A stretch of DNA of 64,000 nt from Candidatus Bathyarchaeota archaeon (GCA_043826455.1 JBDRQD010000015.1:96001-160000), one strand, 5' to 3'; shown: positions 19,215 to 29,330, numbered from the stretch's first letter. Made by a program: numbers and translations. Notes: a model not told the origin generated them from the letters alone.

Positions 19215-20471
19215 TCAGGCGCCCCGTCTGTCCACCTCCACGGCGCCCTCCTTGACCACCACCTTGACGGCGTTTAGGTCCTGGAGCACCCTGATTTTCT
19301 CCAAGGGGTTGCCGTCAACAACTATCATGTCCGCGACCTTGCCCTTCTCCAGGGTGCCCAGCCTGTGGAGCTTACCCAGGGCGTCGGCCGCGTTTCTCGT
19401 GGCCAGGAGCAGCGCCTCGGCCGGCGTCATGCCCAGCTTCGTGACGTATTGCTCCAGCTCCCAGCTGTTGGCGCCGGGCGGGAACACGTGGCCGCAGTCG
19501 GTGCCCATGGCCATCTTTACGCCGGCCTCCATGGCGGCCTTCTGGCTCTCTAGGTGACGCTCGTCGAAGGGTCTGCCGCCCAGCTTCTTGGGGAGGTACT
19601 GGGTCGGTAGTCCCATGACCTCTGACCGGTAGTAGCTGGGGGCCAGGGTGGGCGTAGTGTAGAGGCCCTTCCTGATGATGGTGTCGATTGTGTCGTCGTC
19701 CAGCTCGGAGGCGTGCTCTATGGTGTCGATGCCGGCCTCGGCCGCCATCCTGCACCCCACGATGCCCTCCGTATGGCTGGCAACCTTCAGTCCGAAGCTG
19801 TGAGCCTCATCCACTATGACCTCCAGCTCCTCCGGCGTATAGTTCCTGTAGTTGGGGTCATTGGTGGGCCCACCCGCCATTCCGCCGGTGGTAGTGGTCT
19901 TGATCCAGTCCACCTGCTCTCTGACGCAGACGCGGGTCATCTTCCTGACCTCGTCCACGCCGTCCGCCGTGATGTGCATGTACCGGAGCGGGTGGGGCCG
20001 GATGACGTCCAGGTGGCTGGCCGTGGATGTGACTACGCCGGCCACCTCCAGCCTGCACCCCTTCACCAGGCCCTGCTCCAGGGCGGTTCTAAGCGATACA
20101 GCGTCTCTGCCCGTGTACTCGGGGAACGGGTAGACCAGGTCGCGGCACGTGGTGTACCCGGCCTCCAGCAGCTGCCTTGCGTGCTTCACCGCGTAGAGGA
20201 GCTGAAGACTCTCGGGGATCAGGTAGCGTTCATGGTAGTCGAGGGGCCCCACCATCTGGAATATGTGCACGTGGAGGTCCATGAGGCCCGGCATGATGGT
20301 CTTGCCTCTGGCGTCGATGACCTCCGCGCCTCTGGGGATGTCCACGTCCCTGGCGGGCCCGGCGTCCACGATAACCTTACCTTTCACCAGGACGGACCCG
20401 TTGGGTACCGGCTCCGAGCCGGTGCCGTCCCAGAGGAGGCCGCCCTTCACTGCTAGGAATCTCTCAGACAT
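19215..20471 (-). CDS. metal-dependent amidohydrolase (Xaa-Pro dipeptidase-like)
   Basis: MPGLMDLHVH, DWIK, ASH, IEH, GTDCG, GKVAD. Confidence 0.9.
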   Translation of the reverse strand: MSERFLAVKGGLLWDGTGSEPVPNGSVLVKGKVIVDAGPARDVDIPRGAEVIDARGKTIMPGLMDLHVHIFQMVGPLDYHERYLIPESLQLLYAVKHARQLLEAGYTTCRDLVYPFPEYTGRDAVSLRTALEQGLVKGCRLEVAGVVTSTASHLDVIRPHPLRYMHITADGVDEVRKMTRVCVREQVDWIKTTTTGGMAGGPTNDPNYRNYTPEELEVIVDEAHSFGLKVASHTEGIVGCRMAAEAGIDTIEHASELDDDTIDTIIRKGLYTTPTLAPSYYRSEVMGLPTQYLPKKLGGRPFDERHLESQKAAMEAGVKMAMGTDCGHVFPPGANSWELEQYVTKLGMTPAEALLLATRNAADALGKLHRLGTLEKGKVADMIVVDGNPLEKIRVLQDLNAVKVVVKEGAVEVDRRGA

Positions 20472-20526
20472 GGTATGAACCAGCCGCGGAGCCGATATAT
20501 CGTTTCCCTCGCTGGCGCTGAGCCCT

Positions 20527-21108
20527 CTACTCGTTCAGGGGCGGCTTCCTATTGGTGAAGGCGTCTCCTATCCTGACGCCCACCGTGTGGTAGCTCCTGT
20601 CCCCTGACCCGAACACCAGGGGCCTTATCTTCTGGGTGTCAGGCGCCCCGTTGGTGAGCACGTCCTCGTCGGCCTTCACGTCCACTATCTCGCCAACGAA
20701 CATGGTGTGGAGGCCCAGGTTCACAATCTCTTTCACTCTACACTCCAGCACCAATGGGAACTCCTCCAAGTAGGGGGCGTCCACCACGGCGCTCTCCACA
20801 GCCGTTAGCCCCGTGTCAGCCACCTTGTCCGTGTCCCTGCCCGACGCCACCCCCATGTAGTCGGCCTCCCTCCAGTACTCCTCCCCTGGGACGCTCACAG
20901 TGTACGCCCCCCGCGCAACTATGCTGCCGTGGCTGTAGGTGGCCTCCCGGAGGCTCACGTAAACGCAGGGCGGCCGGGAGCAGCAGATGCCTCCCCAAGC
21001 CGCCGTCATGAAGTTGGGTCTACCATCCTTGTCGTACGTGCCCACCACCCAGACGGGGGAGGGCACAGCCAGGGTCTTGGCCCCGAGACTCGTCTTCAAA
21101 CCGATCAC
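20527..21108 (-). CDS. flavin reductase family protein
   Basis: N.MTAAW, SGRDTDK, LECRV, HTMFVGEI. Confidence 0.88.
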   Translation of the reverse strand: MIGLKTSLGAKTLAVPSPVWVVGTYDKDGRPNFMTAAWGGICCSRPPCVYVSLREATYSHGSIVARGAYTVSVPGEEYWREADYMGVASGRDTDKVADTGLTAVESAVVDAPYLEEFPLVLECRVKEIVNLGLHTMFVGEIVDVKADEDVLTNGAPDTQKIRPLVFGSGDRSYHTVGVRIGDAFTNRKPPLNE

Positions 21109-21166
21109 CTACTCTTGGGCTCAGTAAGGTAAAACCCTTTTACCGGTGCACGTCAAAGGGTTCACG

Positions 21167-22051
21167 ATGTCCACCAGCCGCGTCACCATGATCGACGCCC
21201 CTTACCACGGGCGGAGAGGTGTCCTAGGCACATACCTGGTCAGGGGTGAAGAATCGGCCGTAATCGACCCCGGCCCAGCGAGCCAGACGGGCGGCGTCCT
21301 AGAGACCCTTCACAGTCTGGGGGCCTCAGCCGTCAACGTCGTCTGCCTCACCCACATCCACCTGGACCACGCCGCCGGCTCCTGGATGATCCTGGACCAG
21401 AACCCAGGGGCCTTCGTCCACTGCCACCCCAGGGGCGTCCAGCACATGGTGGACCCGAGCAAGATCAAGGCAGCCGCAGAGGAGATATTCAAGGAAGGCA
21501 TCAAGGATTACGGCGAGATCAAGGGCGTAGACTCGAACAGGGTCAGGGCGTCCACGGACGGCGAATCCCTGGACCTGGGCGGCGTGGGGCTCAGAGTGAT
21601 ATGGACCCCGGGCCACAGCACCCACAGCCAAACCTACTATGAGCCTGATGGCCGGGTTCTCTTCGTGGGCGACGCCGTGGGCCACACTCCCGGCAACCAT
21701 GGCATCTTCGTGCCCGCGAGCCCGCCCCCCTACAACCCGAGGCAGGCCGCGGAGAGCCTCGACAGGCTCCTCGGCCTCGGGGCCGAGACCCTGTGCATCA
21801 GCCACTTCGGCGTCTATCAAGACGCCGAGGAGCGGCTCCGCTCCTTCAGGGACCAGGTGCGGCTGTGGGAGAGGCTGGCCTTCAGGGCCGTGGACGAGGG
21901 CCTGGAACTCAGGGGCCTATACGGGCTGGTGGAGGCCGAGGACAGTGAGGCGGCGTCCCTGGTGGCCTCCGACCCTCAGCAGAGGAGCAGCGTCTTCCAG
22001 AGCCTGGTGGGGTTCCTCTCCTACGCCAGGTGGGAGAGGCAGCAGAGGTGA
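21167..22051 (+). CDS. MBL-fold metallo-hydrolase
   Basis: THIHLDHAAG, TPGH, GD, SHFG. Start could be 21146. Confidence 0.9.
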   Translation: MSTSRVTMIDAPYHGRRGVLGTYLVRGEESAVIDPGPASQTGGVLETLHSLGASAVNVVCLTHIHLDHAAGSWMILDQNPGAFVHCHPRGVQHMVDPSKIKAAAEEIFKEGIKDYGEIKGVDSNRVRASTDGESLDLGGVGLRVIWTPGHSTHSQTYYEPDGRVLFVGDAVGHTPGNHGIFVPASPPPYNPRQAAESLDRLLGLGAETLCISHFGVYQDAEERLRSFRDQVRLWERLAFRAVDEGLELRGLYGLVEAEDSEAASLVASDPQQRSSVFQSLVGFLSYARWERQQR

Positions 22052-22141
22052 CCGGCCGCACAGTCACTCCAAGAATTCTTCAATATATACTCAGGTTATG
22101 ATCCAGGGGTAGGTTTCCAGTCTCCCTAAACCCCTTAAATC

Positions 22142-22606
22142 GTGGCCGACACTTACCCACGGGTGTCCCAGGTGCGAGTAAGACCAGGGCGCGCAGGGGC
22201 TATAGTGGTACTTGGGCTTATACTGGGTGCCATCTTCTTAATGGGGCTCATGTTCTGGACAGTCTTCAAACCCGACCTCGGCCTGGCCTACGACATAACT
22301 AACCCCAGCCAGCCCTTCACCTTCAAGGGGCCTGAGAGTGCCGAGACCGAGTCCACCGAGCCTGAGCCGGAGCTCAGCTTCAACGAGACACTGGCCGCCC
22401 TCAGGGAGGGTGGCTGCGCCTTCGTGGAGGGCGAGCCCGATAACCTGGACCCCGATAGATGCGAGTTCCTGAGCCAACAGGAGTTCTTGGAGACCGCCCT
22501 CGACAGGAAGCTGGTGTTCATGCACGAGGGCGAGGAGGCATACACCCTGTACGTGCCCGTCAAGGATGGCCACGTGGCCTGGCGGTGGCCCAGAGAACCC
22601 GCCTAA
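22142..22606 (+). CDS. hypothetical protein with one N-terminal TM anchor
   Basis: Single hydrophobic helix then an acidic domain; fills the gap between recognised genes. Confidence 0.55.
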   Translation: MADTYPRVSQVRVRPGRAGAIVVLGLILGAIFLMGLMFWTVFKPDLGLAYDITNPSQPFTFKGPESAETESTEPEPELSFNETLAALREGGCAFVEGEPDNLDPDRCEFLSQQEFLETALDRKLVFMHEGEEAYTLYVPVKDGHVAWRWPREPA

Positions 22607-22699
22607 GTTACGGACGTCTGAGGGACTCAGCCGCATCCTCTCGGCGTCTGCTGCCTGAAAAGTGTTAAGCCGGGCTCCGCCCATCCTTACCTGATACAT

Positions 22700-23824
22700 T
22701 TGTCAAGTTACAAGATTCTAGGCTTCATCGGCGACGGCATAGGAGCCGAGATCGTCCCCGAGGCCGTGAAGGCGCTGGACGCTGCCGGGGAGGCCTACGA
22801 CTTCGACCTGGAGCATCTAGGCCCCTACGAGTGTGGGGCCCACTACTGGGTGCGCCACCAGATGAAGAGGGGCTGGCCCGAGGAGGTGACCAAGGAGCTC
22901 TTCTACGAGGCCGACGCCATATACAAGGGCCCCACGGGCCTCCCCGACCTAGTGGGGCGGCTGCCGGGCCCCTACCTGCCCCTAAACATGAGACTGGACC
23001 TGGACCTCTACGCCAACGTGCGGCCCTGCAGGCTCAGGCCCGGCGTGGAGAGCGTCCTCAGGGGCCGCGAGCCAGGGGACATCGACTACATTGTGCTGAG
23101 GGAGAACACGGAGCACATGTACGTGGGCATCGGGGGCACCCTGAGGAGGGGCGGCGAGAAGGAGCTGGCCATCGACAACTACGTCCAGACCCGGAAGGGT
23201 TGCGAACGCATCATCAGGCTCGGCTTCATGATGGCTAGAAACGGCGACTACAAGGGCCGGCCCGGAGCCCCCAGGGACGGCAAGAGGAGGCTCACATGCG
23301 CATGCAAGTGGGGCCTCTGCAAGGGGGACGACCTGTTCAAGGAGATCTACGACGGGATGGTGTCGGAGTATCCCGACGTGGAGCCCGACAGCACCTGGAT
23401 CGACTCCTGGAGCTACTACGCCCTCATCAGGCCCGGCTTCTATGACGTGGTGGTGATGCCCAACCAGTATGGCGACATCATGAGCGACATGAGCGGCGCC
23501 GTCCAGGGCAGCCTGGGTCTGGCGGGCTCACTGAACGCCGGTGACCGCCACTGCTTCGCTGAGGCCACCCACGGCTCCGCCCCGGATATCGCCGGCAGGG
23601 GCGTCTCCAACCCCACCAGCATGATCCTCAGCGTGGGGATGATGCTCAATTGGCTGGGCGAGAAGAAGGGTGACCCCAGGCTCAAGGAGGCCTGGAGAGG
23701 CATCGACAAGGCCGTGGACAAGGTGCTGGCAGCCAGGAAGATTCGTACCCCTGACTTGGGGGGCAGCAGCAGCACCAAGCAGTTCGGAACAGCTGTCGCG
23801 GACGCTGTGAGGAAAGGAGCCTAG
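22700..23824 (+). CDS. isocitrate/isopropylmalate/tartrate dehydrogenase family protein
   Basis: GDGIGAEI, LDLYANVRP, RENTE..Y, N.YGDIMSD, EATHGSAPDIAG, TPDLGG. Confidence 0.9.
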   Translation: MSSYKILGFIGDGIGAEIVPEAVKALDAAGEAYDFDLEHLGPYECGAHYWVRHQMKRGWPEEVTKELFYEADAIYKGPTGLPDLVGRLPGPYLPLNMRLDLDLYANVRPCRLRPGVESVLRGREPGDIDYIVLRENTEHMYVGIGGTLRRGGEKELAIDNYVQTRKGCERIIRLGFMMARNGDYKGRPGAPRDGKRRLTCACKWGLCKGDDLFKEIYDGMVSEYPDVEPDSTWIDSWSYYALIRPGFYDVVVMPNQYGDIMSDMSGAVQGSLGLAGSLNAGDRHCFAEATHGSAPDIAGRGVSNPTSMILSVGMMLNWLGEKKGDPRLKEAWRGIDKAVDKVLAARKIRTPDLGGSSSTKQFGTAVADAVRKGA

Positions 23825-25107
23825 AGGAGCCTGCCCTCCTCGGCCACCAGCGCCCCCTCCTTGTAGACCGCCGTGACCCTGTCAGCCTTCTGGAGGAGAC
23901 CGATGTCCTTCAGGGGGTTGCCGTCCACGATGAGTAGGTCCGCGTACTTACCTGCTTCGAGGGTACCCGCGTTCACCCTGCAGAGCTCGGCGCAGGTCTT
24001 GGTGCCTGAGACCAGAGCCTCCATGGGGGTCATGCCGCCGTGCTTCACATATGTTTGCAGTTCCCAGGCCAGCCCAGGCACGTCCCAGTAGGTGTTGTCG
24101 GTGCCCGCAGCGATCCTGACGCCAGCGTCCTTGCACACTTTGAAGTTCTTTACCAGTCCCGGCTGCATCATCCTGAAGCTCTCCCTGGTGCCCGGCTCGG
24201 CGCCATCATAGGCCTCCATGAGGGGCTCGCAGAAGAACATGCCCAGGGTGGGGACCAGGAATTGGCCGTGCTCCGCCATGCGCCTGATGAGGTCAGGCTG
24301 CTCGATGAGGTGGGTGCCGTGCTCTATGCTGTCCACCCCCTCCTCCACGGCGAACCTGAGACCCGGCCCGTTCTTGGCGTGAGCCGCCACGGGCACACCC
24401 TTCCAGTGGGCCTCCTCAACCGCAGCCGCAATCTCCTCCCTGGTCATGCAGGTGTGCTCGGGGCCGTCCCCCGGTTTGTACCGCTTGTGGCCGGGGCCAA
24501 TGAGCTTGATGAAGTCTACCTCGTAGGTCAGGCACTCCCGGGTCTGCCTTCGGACCTCCCAGGGACCGTCTGCTCCTCTCCATCCCTGGTTCAGGATGAA
24601 GGGTGGCGCCAATGCGTTGAGGTGACCGCCCGTGGGCAGCACGCAGCCCCCCGCCACCACCCTGGGCGCGTTGAAGTAGCCTCGCTCCACGGCGGTCCTA
24701 AGCGCCACAAGCCACTCGCCCCTGAGCTCCGGGGCGTTAGCTATGGTGGGGTGAGGTATCCTCACCGTGGTGACGCCGTGGCTGAGCATCCCCTGGATAA
24801 CTTGGACCCCCTTGAGGAGGGCCAGGGCTGGGCTGTGCACCACGTTGTCGTAGTACTTCTTGAACCCTGGGTCGCTGAAGTCCCGCTCCCCCAGGGGGTG
24901 GTTGTGACCCTCAATCAAGCCTGGCATCACCGTCCTGCCGTGGGCGTCCACCACCTCCGCCCCCGACGGTATCTTCACGACGCCTTTCGGCCCCACAGCC
25001 TTGACCAGCTTCCCCTCGATCAGCACAGTGGAGTCCTCCACCGGCTCGCCGCCGGTGCCGTCCACCAGTGTGCCACCGACCACTGTCTTCAACTTCAATG
25101 AATCCAC
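23821..25107 (-). CDS. metal-dependent amidohydrolase
   Basis: MPGLIEGHNH, TGGH, DFIK, AAH, IEHG, GTD. True start may be about 25098. Confidence 0.9.
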   Translation of the reverse strand: MDSLKLKTVVGGTLVDGTGGEPVEDSTVLIEGKLVKAVGPKGVVKIPSGAEVVDAHGRTVMPGLIEGHNHPLGERDFSDPGFKKYYDNVVHSPALALLKGVQVIQGMLSHGVTTVRIPHPTIANAPELRGEWLVALRTAVERGYFNAPRVVAGGCVLPTGGHLNALAPPFILNQGWRGADGPWEVRRQTRECLTYEVDFIKLIGPGHKRYKPGDGPEHTCMTREEIAAAVEEAHWKGVPVAAHAKNGPGLRFAVEEGVDSIEHGTHLIEQPDLIRRMAEHGQFLVPTLGMFFCEPLMEAYDGAEPGTRESFRMMQPGLVKNFKVCKDAGVRIAAGTDNTYWDVPGLAWELQTYVKHGGMTPMEALVSGTKTCAELCRVNAGTLEAGKYADLLIVDGNPLKDIGLLQKADRVTAVYKEGALVAEEGRLL

Positions 25108-25195
25108 GCATTAAGCCTCTTAAACCACGTATTTAGAGACTGGGGCTGCGCGCGTGAGTTAAATGCGGGGTCCCACAACATGATGCGGAGACACA

Positions 25196-26350
25196 TTGAG
25201 CGACGATAGGCCTAGGCACCTGAGGGTCCTCTACGCCACCATATTCCTGAGCGCCACTGGGCTGGGCACCACCACCTTCCTGCTGCCCGTGTACGCCACA
25301 AGCATAGGGGCCAGCTACGTGGACTTGGGGCTCCTGGGGGCGGTTGGTAACATAGTGTACACTGTGTTCACCCTCACGACGGGTCTCCTGCTGGACCGTT
25401 TCGAGAGGCTCAGGCTATACACCGTTTACGCGTTCATGGGGGCCCTCATCCTGGGGTTCTTCACCTTGGCCGACGACATCCCCCGGCTTGTGATCGCTAG
25501 GGCCCTCATGGGTGTGGCCTCGGCCTCCTTCTGGGTCTCAGCTAGCACCCTGACCGCGGACATATCTCCCCCGGATAGGCTCACTCAGAGCATGGGCAGG
25601 TACAACCTCAGCTGGATCACGGGCTTCGCCATCGGCCCCTTCCTGGGCGGCCTCGTATCGTCCAACCTGGGCTTCAACGCCCTGTTCCTGTGCACGGCGT
25701 CTCTGCTGGTGGCCAGCGGCCTCCTTAGCCAGTTGCTGCTCAGGCCCCGGTTGTCCCTCAGGAACCGCTCCGGCTCGGAGGGGCTCAGCCTGGCCCCCTT
25801 CAGGAGGCTCTCCGCCGCCTACCTGACACTCCTGCCCTTCACCATGGTTCTGGGCATCTACATGGCCATCGTGCCCGGCCACCTTAGCTTGGAGGGGCTG
25901 ACGGCCTCAACTGTGGGCCTCCTCGTCACCATGACTAACGTCGTGAGGGGGCTCACCTTCGTCAACGTTGAGCGTTTCGTGGCCTGGGGCGCCCGCAGGA
26001 GTGTAGCCCTCGCGTCGGCCCTCCTGGTCTCAGGGATGCTGGTGTTCAGCTACTCGACCGGCCTAGCCGGCTACGCGTCGGCCCTCGCCCTGTACGGAGT
26101 GGCTGCCGGCATAATGACGCCCGTGGTCCTGGACTACATAGTCAAGAGGTGTGAGCCTGGGTCCCTGGGCGCGGCCATGGGCGTCCACGAGGGGGTCTAT
26201 GGCGTAGGCATGTTCATAGGCCCCATAGCCGGGGGCGGCCTCGCCGAGGTCTACGGACCCCAGATCCTCTACAGGGCCCTGGCCGCCCTATCCGTGGCTG
26301 TTCTTCCTCTGTCGAGGCGTTTGGAGCCCGATGATAAGCACAGCACCTGA
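25196..26350 (+). CDS. MFS transporter
   Basis: About 12 TM helices, GLLLDRF motif A, GPFLGG. Confidence 0.9.
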   Translation: MSDDRPRHLRVLYATIFLSATGLGTTTFLLPVYATSIGASYVDLGLLGAVGNIVYTVFTLTTGLLLDRFERLRLYTVYAFMGALILGFFTLADDIPRLVIARALMGVASASFWVSASTLTADISPPDRLTQSMGRYNLSWITGFAIGPFLGGLVSSNLGFNALFLCTASLLVASGLLSQLLLRPRLSLRNRSGSEGLSLAPFRRLSAAYLTLLPFTMVLGIYMAIVPGHLSLEGLTASTVGLLVTMTNVVRGLTFVNVERFVAWGARRSVALASALLVSGMLVFSYSTGLAGYASALALYGVAAGIMTPVVLDYIVKRCEPGSLGAAMGVHEGVYGVGMFIGPIAGGGLAEVYGPQILYRALAALSVAVLPLSRRLEPDDKHST

Positions 26351-26383
26351 AGACATTTTACCCGCCGTTTCCATTCAACGGGG

Positions 26384-27214
26384 ATGGGCTTGACAAGGGT
26401 AGCGATAGTCAAGGGTGAGCGCAGCCTGGAGACCGTGTACAGGGCCCTGGACCTGGTCCCGTACAGGGAGGCCCTGGAGCCATTCAGCAGAGTTCTCATT
26501 AAGGTGAACTTCATCACCGCCAAGAACTGGGAGACGGGGGCAACCACGGACCCCGTGGTCGTGGAGGCCATCATAAACCGGGTCAGGGACCTGGGTAAGG
26601 AGCCTGTGGTGGTGGAGTCTGACGCCCAGATGACTAACGCGGACAAGGCGGTGGTGGTCAGCGGCATGAAGGAGATGCTGGACCGGGTGGGGGTGCCCTT
26701 CGTCAACATGCGCCACTCGGAGGAGAAGGTGGAGGTGCCCGTCAGGGGCGGCAAGACCCTTGACAGCATCAAGGTAGCCAAGATCGCCACTGAGTCGGCC
26801 ATCATCAGCGCGGCCAAGCTCAAGACCCACATGGGCACCGGCGTCACCCTGGGCATGAAGAACATGTTCGGGATGCTCACCACCAAATGGAAGGGCCGCT
26901 ACCACATGAACGGCATGCACAAGGTCATCCACGACATATGCTTGACCCTGCTACCCAGCCTGACGGTGATAGACGGCTTCGTGGCCATGGAGGGCAGGGG
27001 CCCAGTCCACGGCACCCCCGTCAGGATGGACACAGTCATTGCTGGGACGGACGTGGTGGCCACGGACGCCGTTGCGTGCAGGGTCATGGGGTTCACCCCG
27101 GACGAGATAGACCACATAGTGTGGGGCCACCAGTCAGGGATCGGCACCATGGAAGATGTTGAGGTTGTCGGGGACGGAGTGGACTCCGTCTGCCGCGTTT
27201 TCGCCCGGCTCTAG
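26384..27214 (+). CDS. DUF362 domain protein
   Basis: VLIKVN, TTDP, KLKTH...TLGMKN, DG..AMEG.GP..G, D.VATD. Confidence 0.85.
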   Translation: MGLTRVAIVKGERSLETVYRALDLVPYREALEPFSRVLIKVNFITAKNWETGATTDPVVVEAIINRVRDLGKEPVVVESDAQMTNADKAVVVSGMKEMLDRVGVPFVNMRHSEEKVEVPVRGGKTLDSIKVAKIATESAIISAAKLKTHMGTGVTLGMKNMFGMLTTKWKGRYHMNGMHKVIHDICLTLLPSLTVIDGFVAMEGRGPVHGTPVRMDTVIAGTDVVATDAVACRVMGFTPDEIDHIVWGHQSGIGTMEDVEVVGDGVDSVCRVFARL

Positions 27215-28440
27215 GACCTGACCGCATTCTCCTCGCTTATCTGCATGGCTGCGGTCGGGTACAGCGCCACCTCGGCGTCTGACCCGTGGACGTTCTCAAG
27301 CAGCTTCAACGCCTCTCCCCAGGTCTTGACCCACTGGCTGCCCTCGCCGTAGTAGTACTCGTCGGCCCTGGCGATCTGGGGGCTGACGCAGAGGACGCGG
27401 CTCATCCTCCACGGCTTTCGGAGGTACGTGGTCTTGGTCCAGCCTCTGCCTCCGTACTCGGTGCCGAATCGGCCGTTGTAGTGGTGGACCCTGCACCCCT
27501 CCGGGGTGTAGAGGAGGAACACCATGTCGCCGCCCTCCCGCACCGAGTCGTTGAGCAGGTAGTAAGCCTTGTAGCCCTCGTTGGCCATGGGGTAGCCGTT
27601 GCCGACCACTATGTCCGCGTCCCTCACCAGCTTCGTGGCGTAGTGTTTTCTGGCGATCTTCAGCCCGGCCCTGTGGGCGTCCACTAGGTCCCCGCAGACC
27701 AGGTCGGCAACGTCGCAGTCGCCGTTGAGGAACGCGTTGATGACGAAGTCGAAGCCCGCCATCCTGGCCGCCTCCTCGCTGTCCAGGCGCCGCACGTTCT
27801 CCTCGACCCTGCCGGGGCCCGTGCCCTCCCTTATCCTGTGGTTGTGAGTGATGGCGTCGATGCCTGCCACCCCCGGCACTATCATCTTGCTTCCGCCGCC
27901 GAACCCGTACCCGAAGTGGGGCATCATGACTCCCAGGGTGACCCGCATGTCGCACTCCATAACCTCCCTGTTGATGTGCACGGGAGTCCCGTGGCTGGTG
28001 GTGCCCAGGTCCACGGTGTTCTCGAAGCAGCAGTGGTTGAACACGAGGTACTTTTCAGGTGTCTCCGGGCCCAGCTTCTTCTGGAAGTCGAAGAGGAGGC
28101 GGCCGTGGTGGGCCCCCGTGGCCATCATGAACACTATCTGGTCGTCCCTTAGGCCCCCCTCATGGAGTTCGCCCAGCACCGCCGGCAGCATCTGGTACTG
28201 CTTTGTTGGACGCGTCATGTCGTCGAACACGATGACACAACGCTTCTTGCCCTCGGCCAGCTCGCTCAGCCTCGGAGTACCCACCGGGTGACTCAGCTTC
28301 TCTGCCACGAGTTCAGTTGACAGCTTGGGAGCGCTGTGACCCCTCATCCTTCGCTCATGTATCTTCCAACCGTCCGGGAAGACCAGTTCCTCCGGATTCC
28401 AGCCGTAGAATTCCCACGCCGGGACTTTGTAAGATTGCAT
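27211..28440 (-). CDS. LarA-family (nickel-pincer) alpha-hydroxy acid racemase/epimerase
   Basis: DDMTRPT, ATGAH, GTTSHGTPV.IN, PHFGYGFGGGSK..VPGVAG...I..NH. Confidence 0.85.
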   Translation of the reverse strand: MQSYKVPAWEFYGWNPEELVFPDGWKIHERRMRGHSAPKLSTELVAEKLSHPVGTPRLSELAEGKKRCVIVFDDMTRPTKQYQMLPAVLGELHEGGLRDDQIVFMMATGAHHGRLLFDFQKKLGPETPEKYLVFNHCCFENTVDLGTTSHGTPVHINREVMECDMRVTLGVMMPHFGYGFGGGSKMIVPGVAGIDAITHNHRIREGTGPGRVEENVRRLDSEEAARMAGFDFVINAFLNGDCDVADLVCGDLVDAHRAGLKIARKHYATKLVRDADIVVGNGYPMANEGYKAYYLLNDSVREGGDMVFLLYTPEGCRVHHYNGRFGTEYGGRGWTKTTYLRKPWRMSRVLCVSPQIARADEYYYGEGSQWVKTWGEALKLLENVHGSDAEVALYPTAAMQISEENAVRS

Positions 28441-28492
28441 GTATTATCCTTTGCTCCTGAGTTAAATTAACTCCCGCCTCCACAGACGCACG

Positions 28493-28518
28493 TAAACATA
28501 TGTTTAAACATATGTTTA
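28493..28518. promoter_or_regulatory. tandem palindromic operator upstream of vapBC
   Basis: Two overlapping perfect TAAACATATGTTTA palindromes. Confidence 0.7.
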
Positions 28519-28552
28519 TATTGGTTTGAGTTTCACGATCCAATGAGAGACG

Positions 28553-28774
28553 GTGACGAAGACACTAACCATACGGGACGAGGTGTACAACAAGTTACTC
28601 ATGATCAAACGGGAGGACGAGAGCTTCAGCGACCTCTTCCTGAGGCTGTCAGAGGAGCAGAACACCACGCAGCTGCTCGAACAGCTTAGGGGCACGTTGG
28701 ATATACCTGACACCGAGCAGCTTCTGTCAGAGGTTAGGACAAGGAGGGCGGAGAAGAGGTATGATAGTCCTTGA
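28553..28774 (+). CDS. vapB: VapB-type antitoxin (DUF217-like)
   Basis: KTLTIRDEVY..L...K...ESFSD pattern; overlaps the PIN gene. Confidence 0.85.
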   Translation: MTKTLTIRDEVYNKLLMIKREDESFSDLFLRLSEEQNTTQLLEQLRGTLDIPDTEQLLSEVRTRRAEKRYDSP

Positions 28775-29147
28775 CACCGATGTCCTCATAGAGATACTCA
28801 ACAAGAGAAGCAGACGGGGTGAGGACGCCGTTGAGGTTCTAAAGTCGAGTGACGAGGACGTCGTCACAACCTCCATAGCCATCCATGAGGTCCAGTACGG
28901 CCTCGAGAAGAGGGGAAAGATGAACCCTGACATCCTCCGCCTGCGGGCCCTCCCCTACACCAAGGGCGATGCCCATCTCTCCGCCAAGCTGGAACTACTC
29001 GCGGAGGGAGACGGCACACCGATACACAGGATGGACGCCATGATCGCGTCCATCGCCATCAACAACGGCGCCAGGCTCTTCACATACAACTTAAGCCACT
29101 ACAAGCCACTGCAACAACACGGGCTGCAGCTGCTGGAAGTCCACTGA
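28761..29147 (+). CDS. vapC: VapC PIN-domain toxin
   Basis: VLDTDVLI, conserved E, DAMIASIA, LFTYN..HY. Confidence 0.9.
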   Translation: MIVLDTDVLIEILNKRSRRGEDAVEVLKSSDEDVVTTSIAIHEVQYGLEKRGKMNPDILRLRALPYTKGDAHLSAKLELLAEGDGTPIHRMDAMIASIAINNGARLFTYNLSHYKPLQQHGLQLLEVH

Positions 29148-29330
29148 TAACAATAAAAACCAATAAACTTAGCTAAAAGCAACTCGAAAAAATATCACAT
29201 TCTTCCACGCAGCTGTCATAGCCCCCTAATTCGCACAATTCCCAGCCACTGGGAACAAACCCTGGGCCCCCAAAGAACACCTCTAAAAACACCAAATTAC
29301 AAGTAGCTTGTAACAAAAGGTTGGGGAGGA

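Noticed and set aside
24040..25101. 353-aa plus-strand ORF, and similar long antisense ORFs (29454-30557, 49221-50114, 57236-58135, 15154-16017)
   Set aside because: These are shadow frames opposite well-supported genes, expected with high GC3, and show no recognisable motifs.
29148..29330. A-rich spacer as a mobile-element end or att site
   Set aside because: No terminal repeats, integrase or tRNA; consistent with a convergent terminator region.
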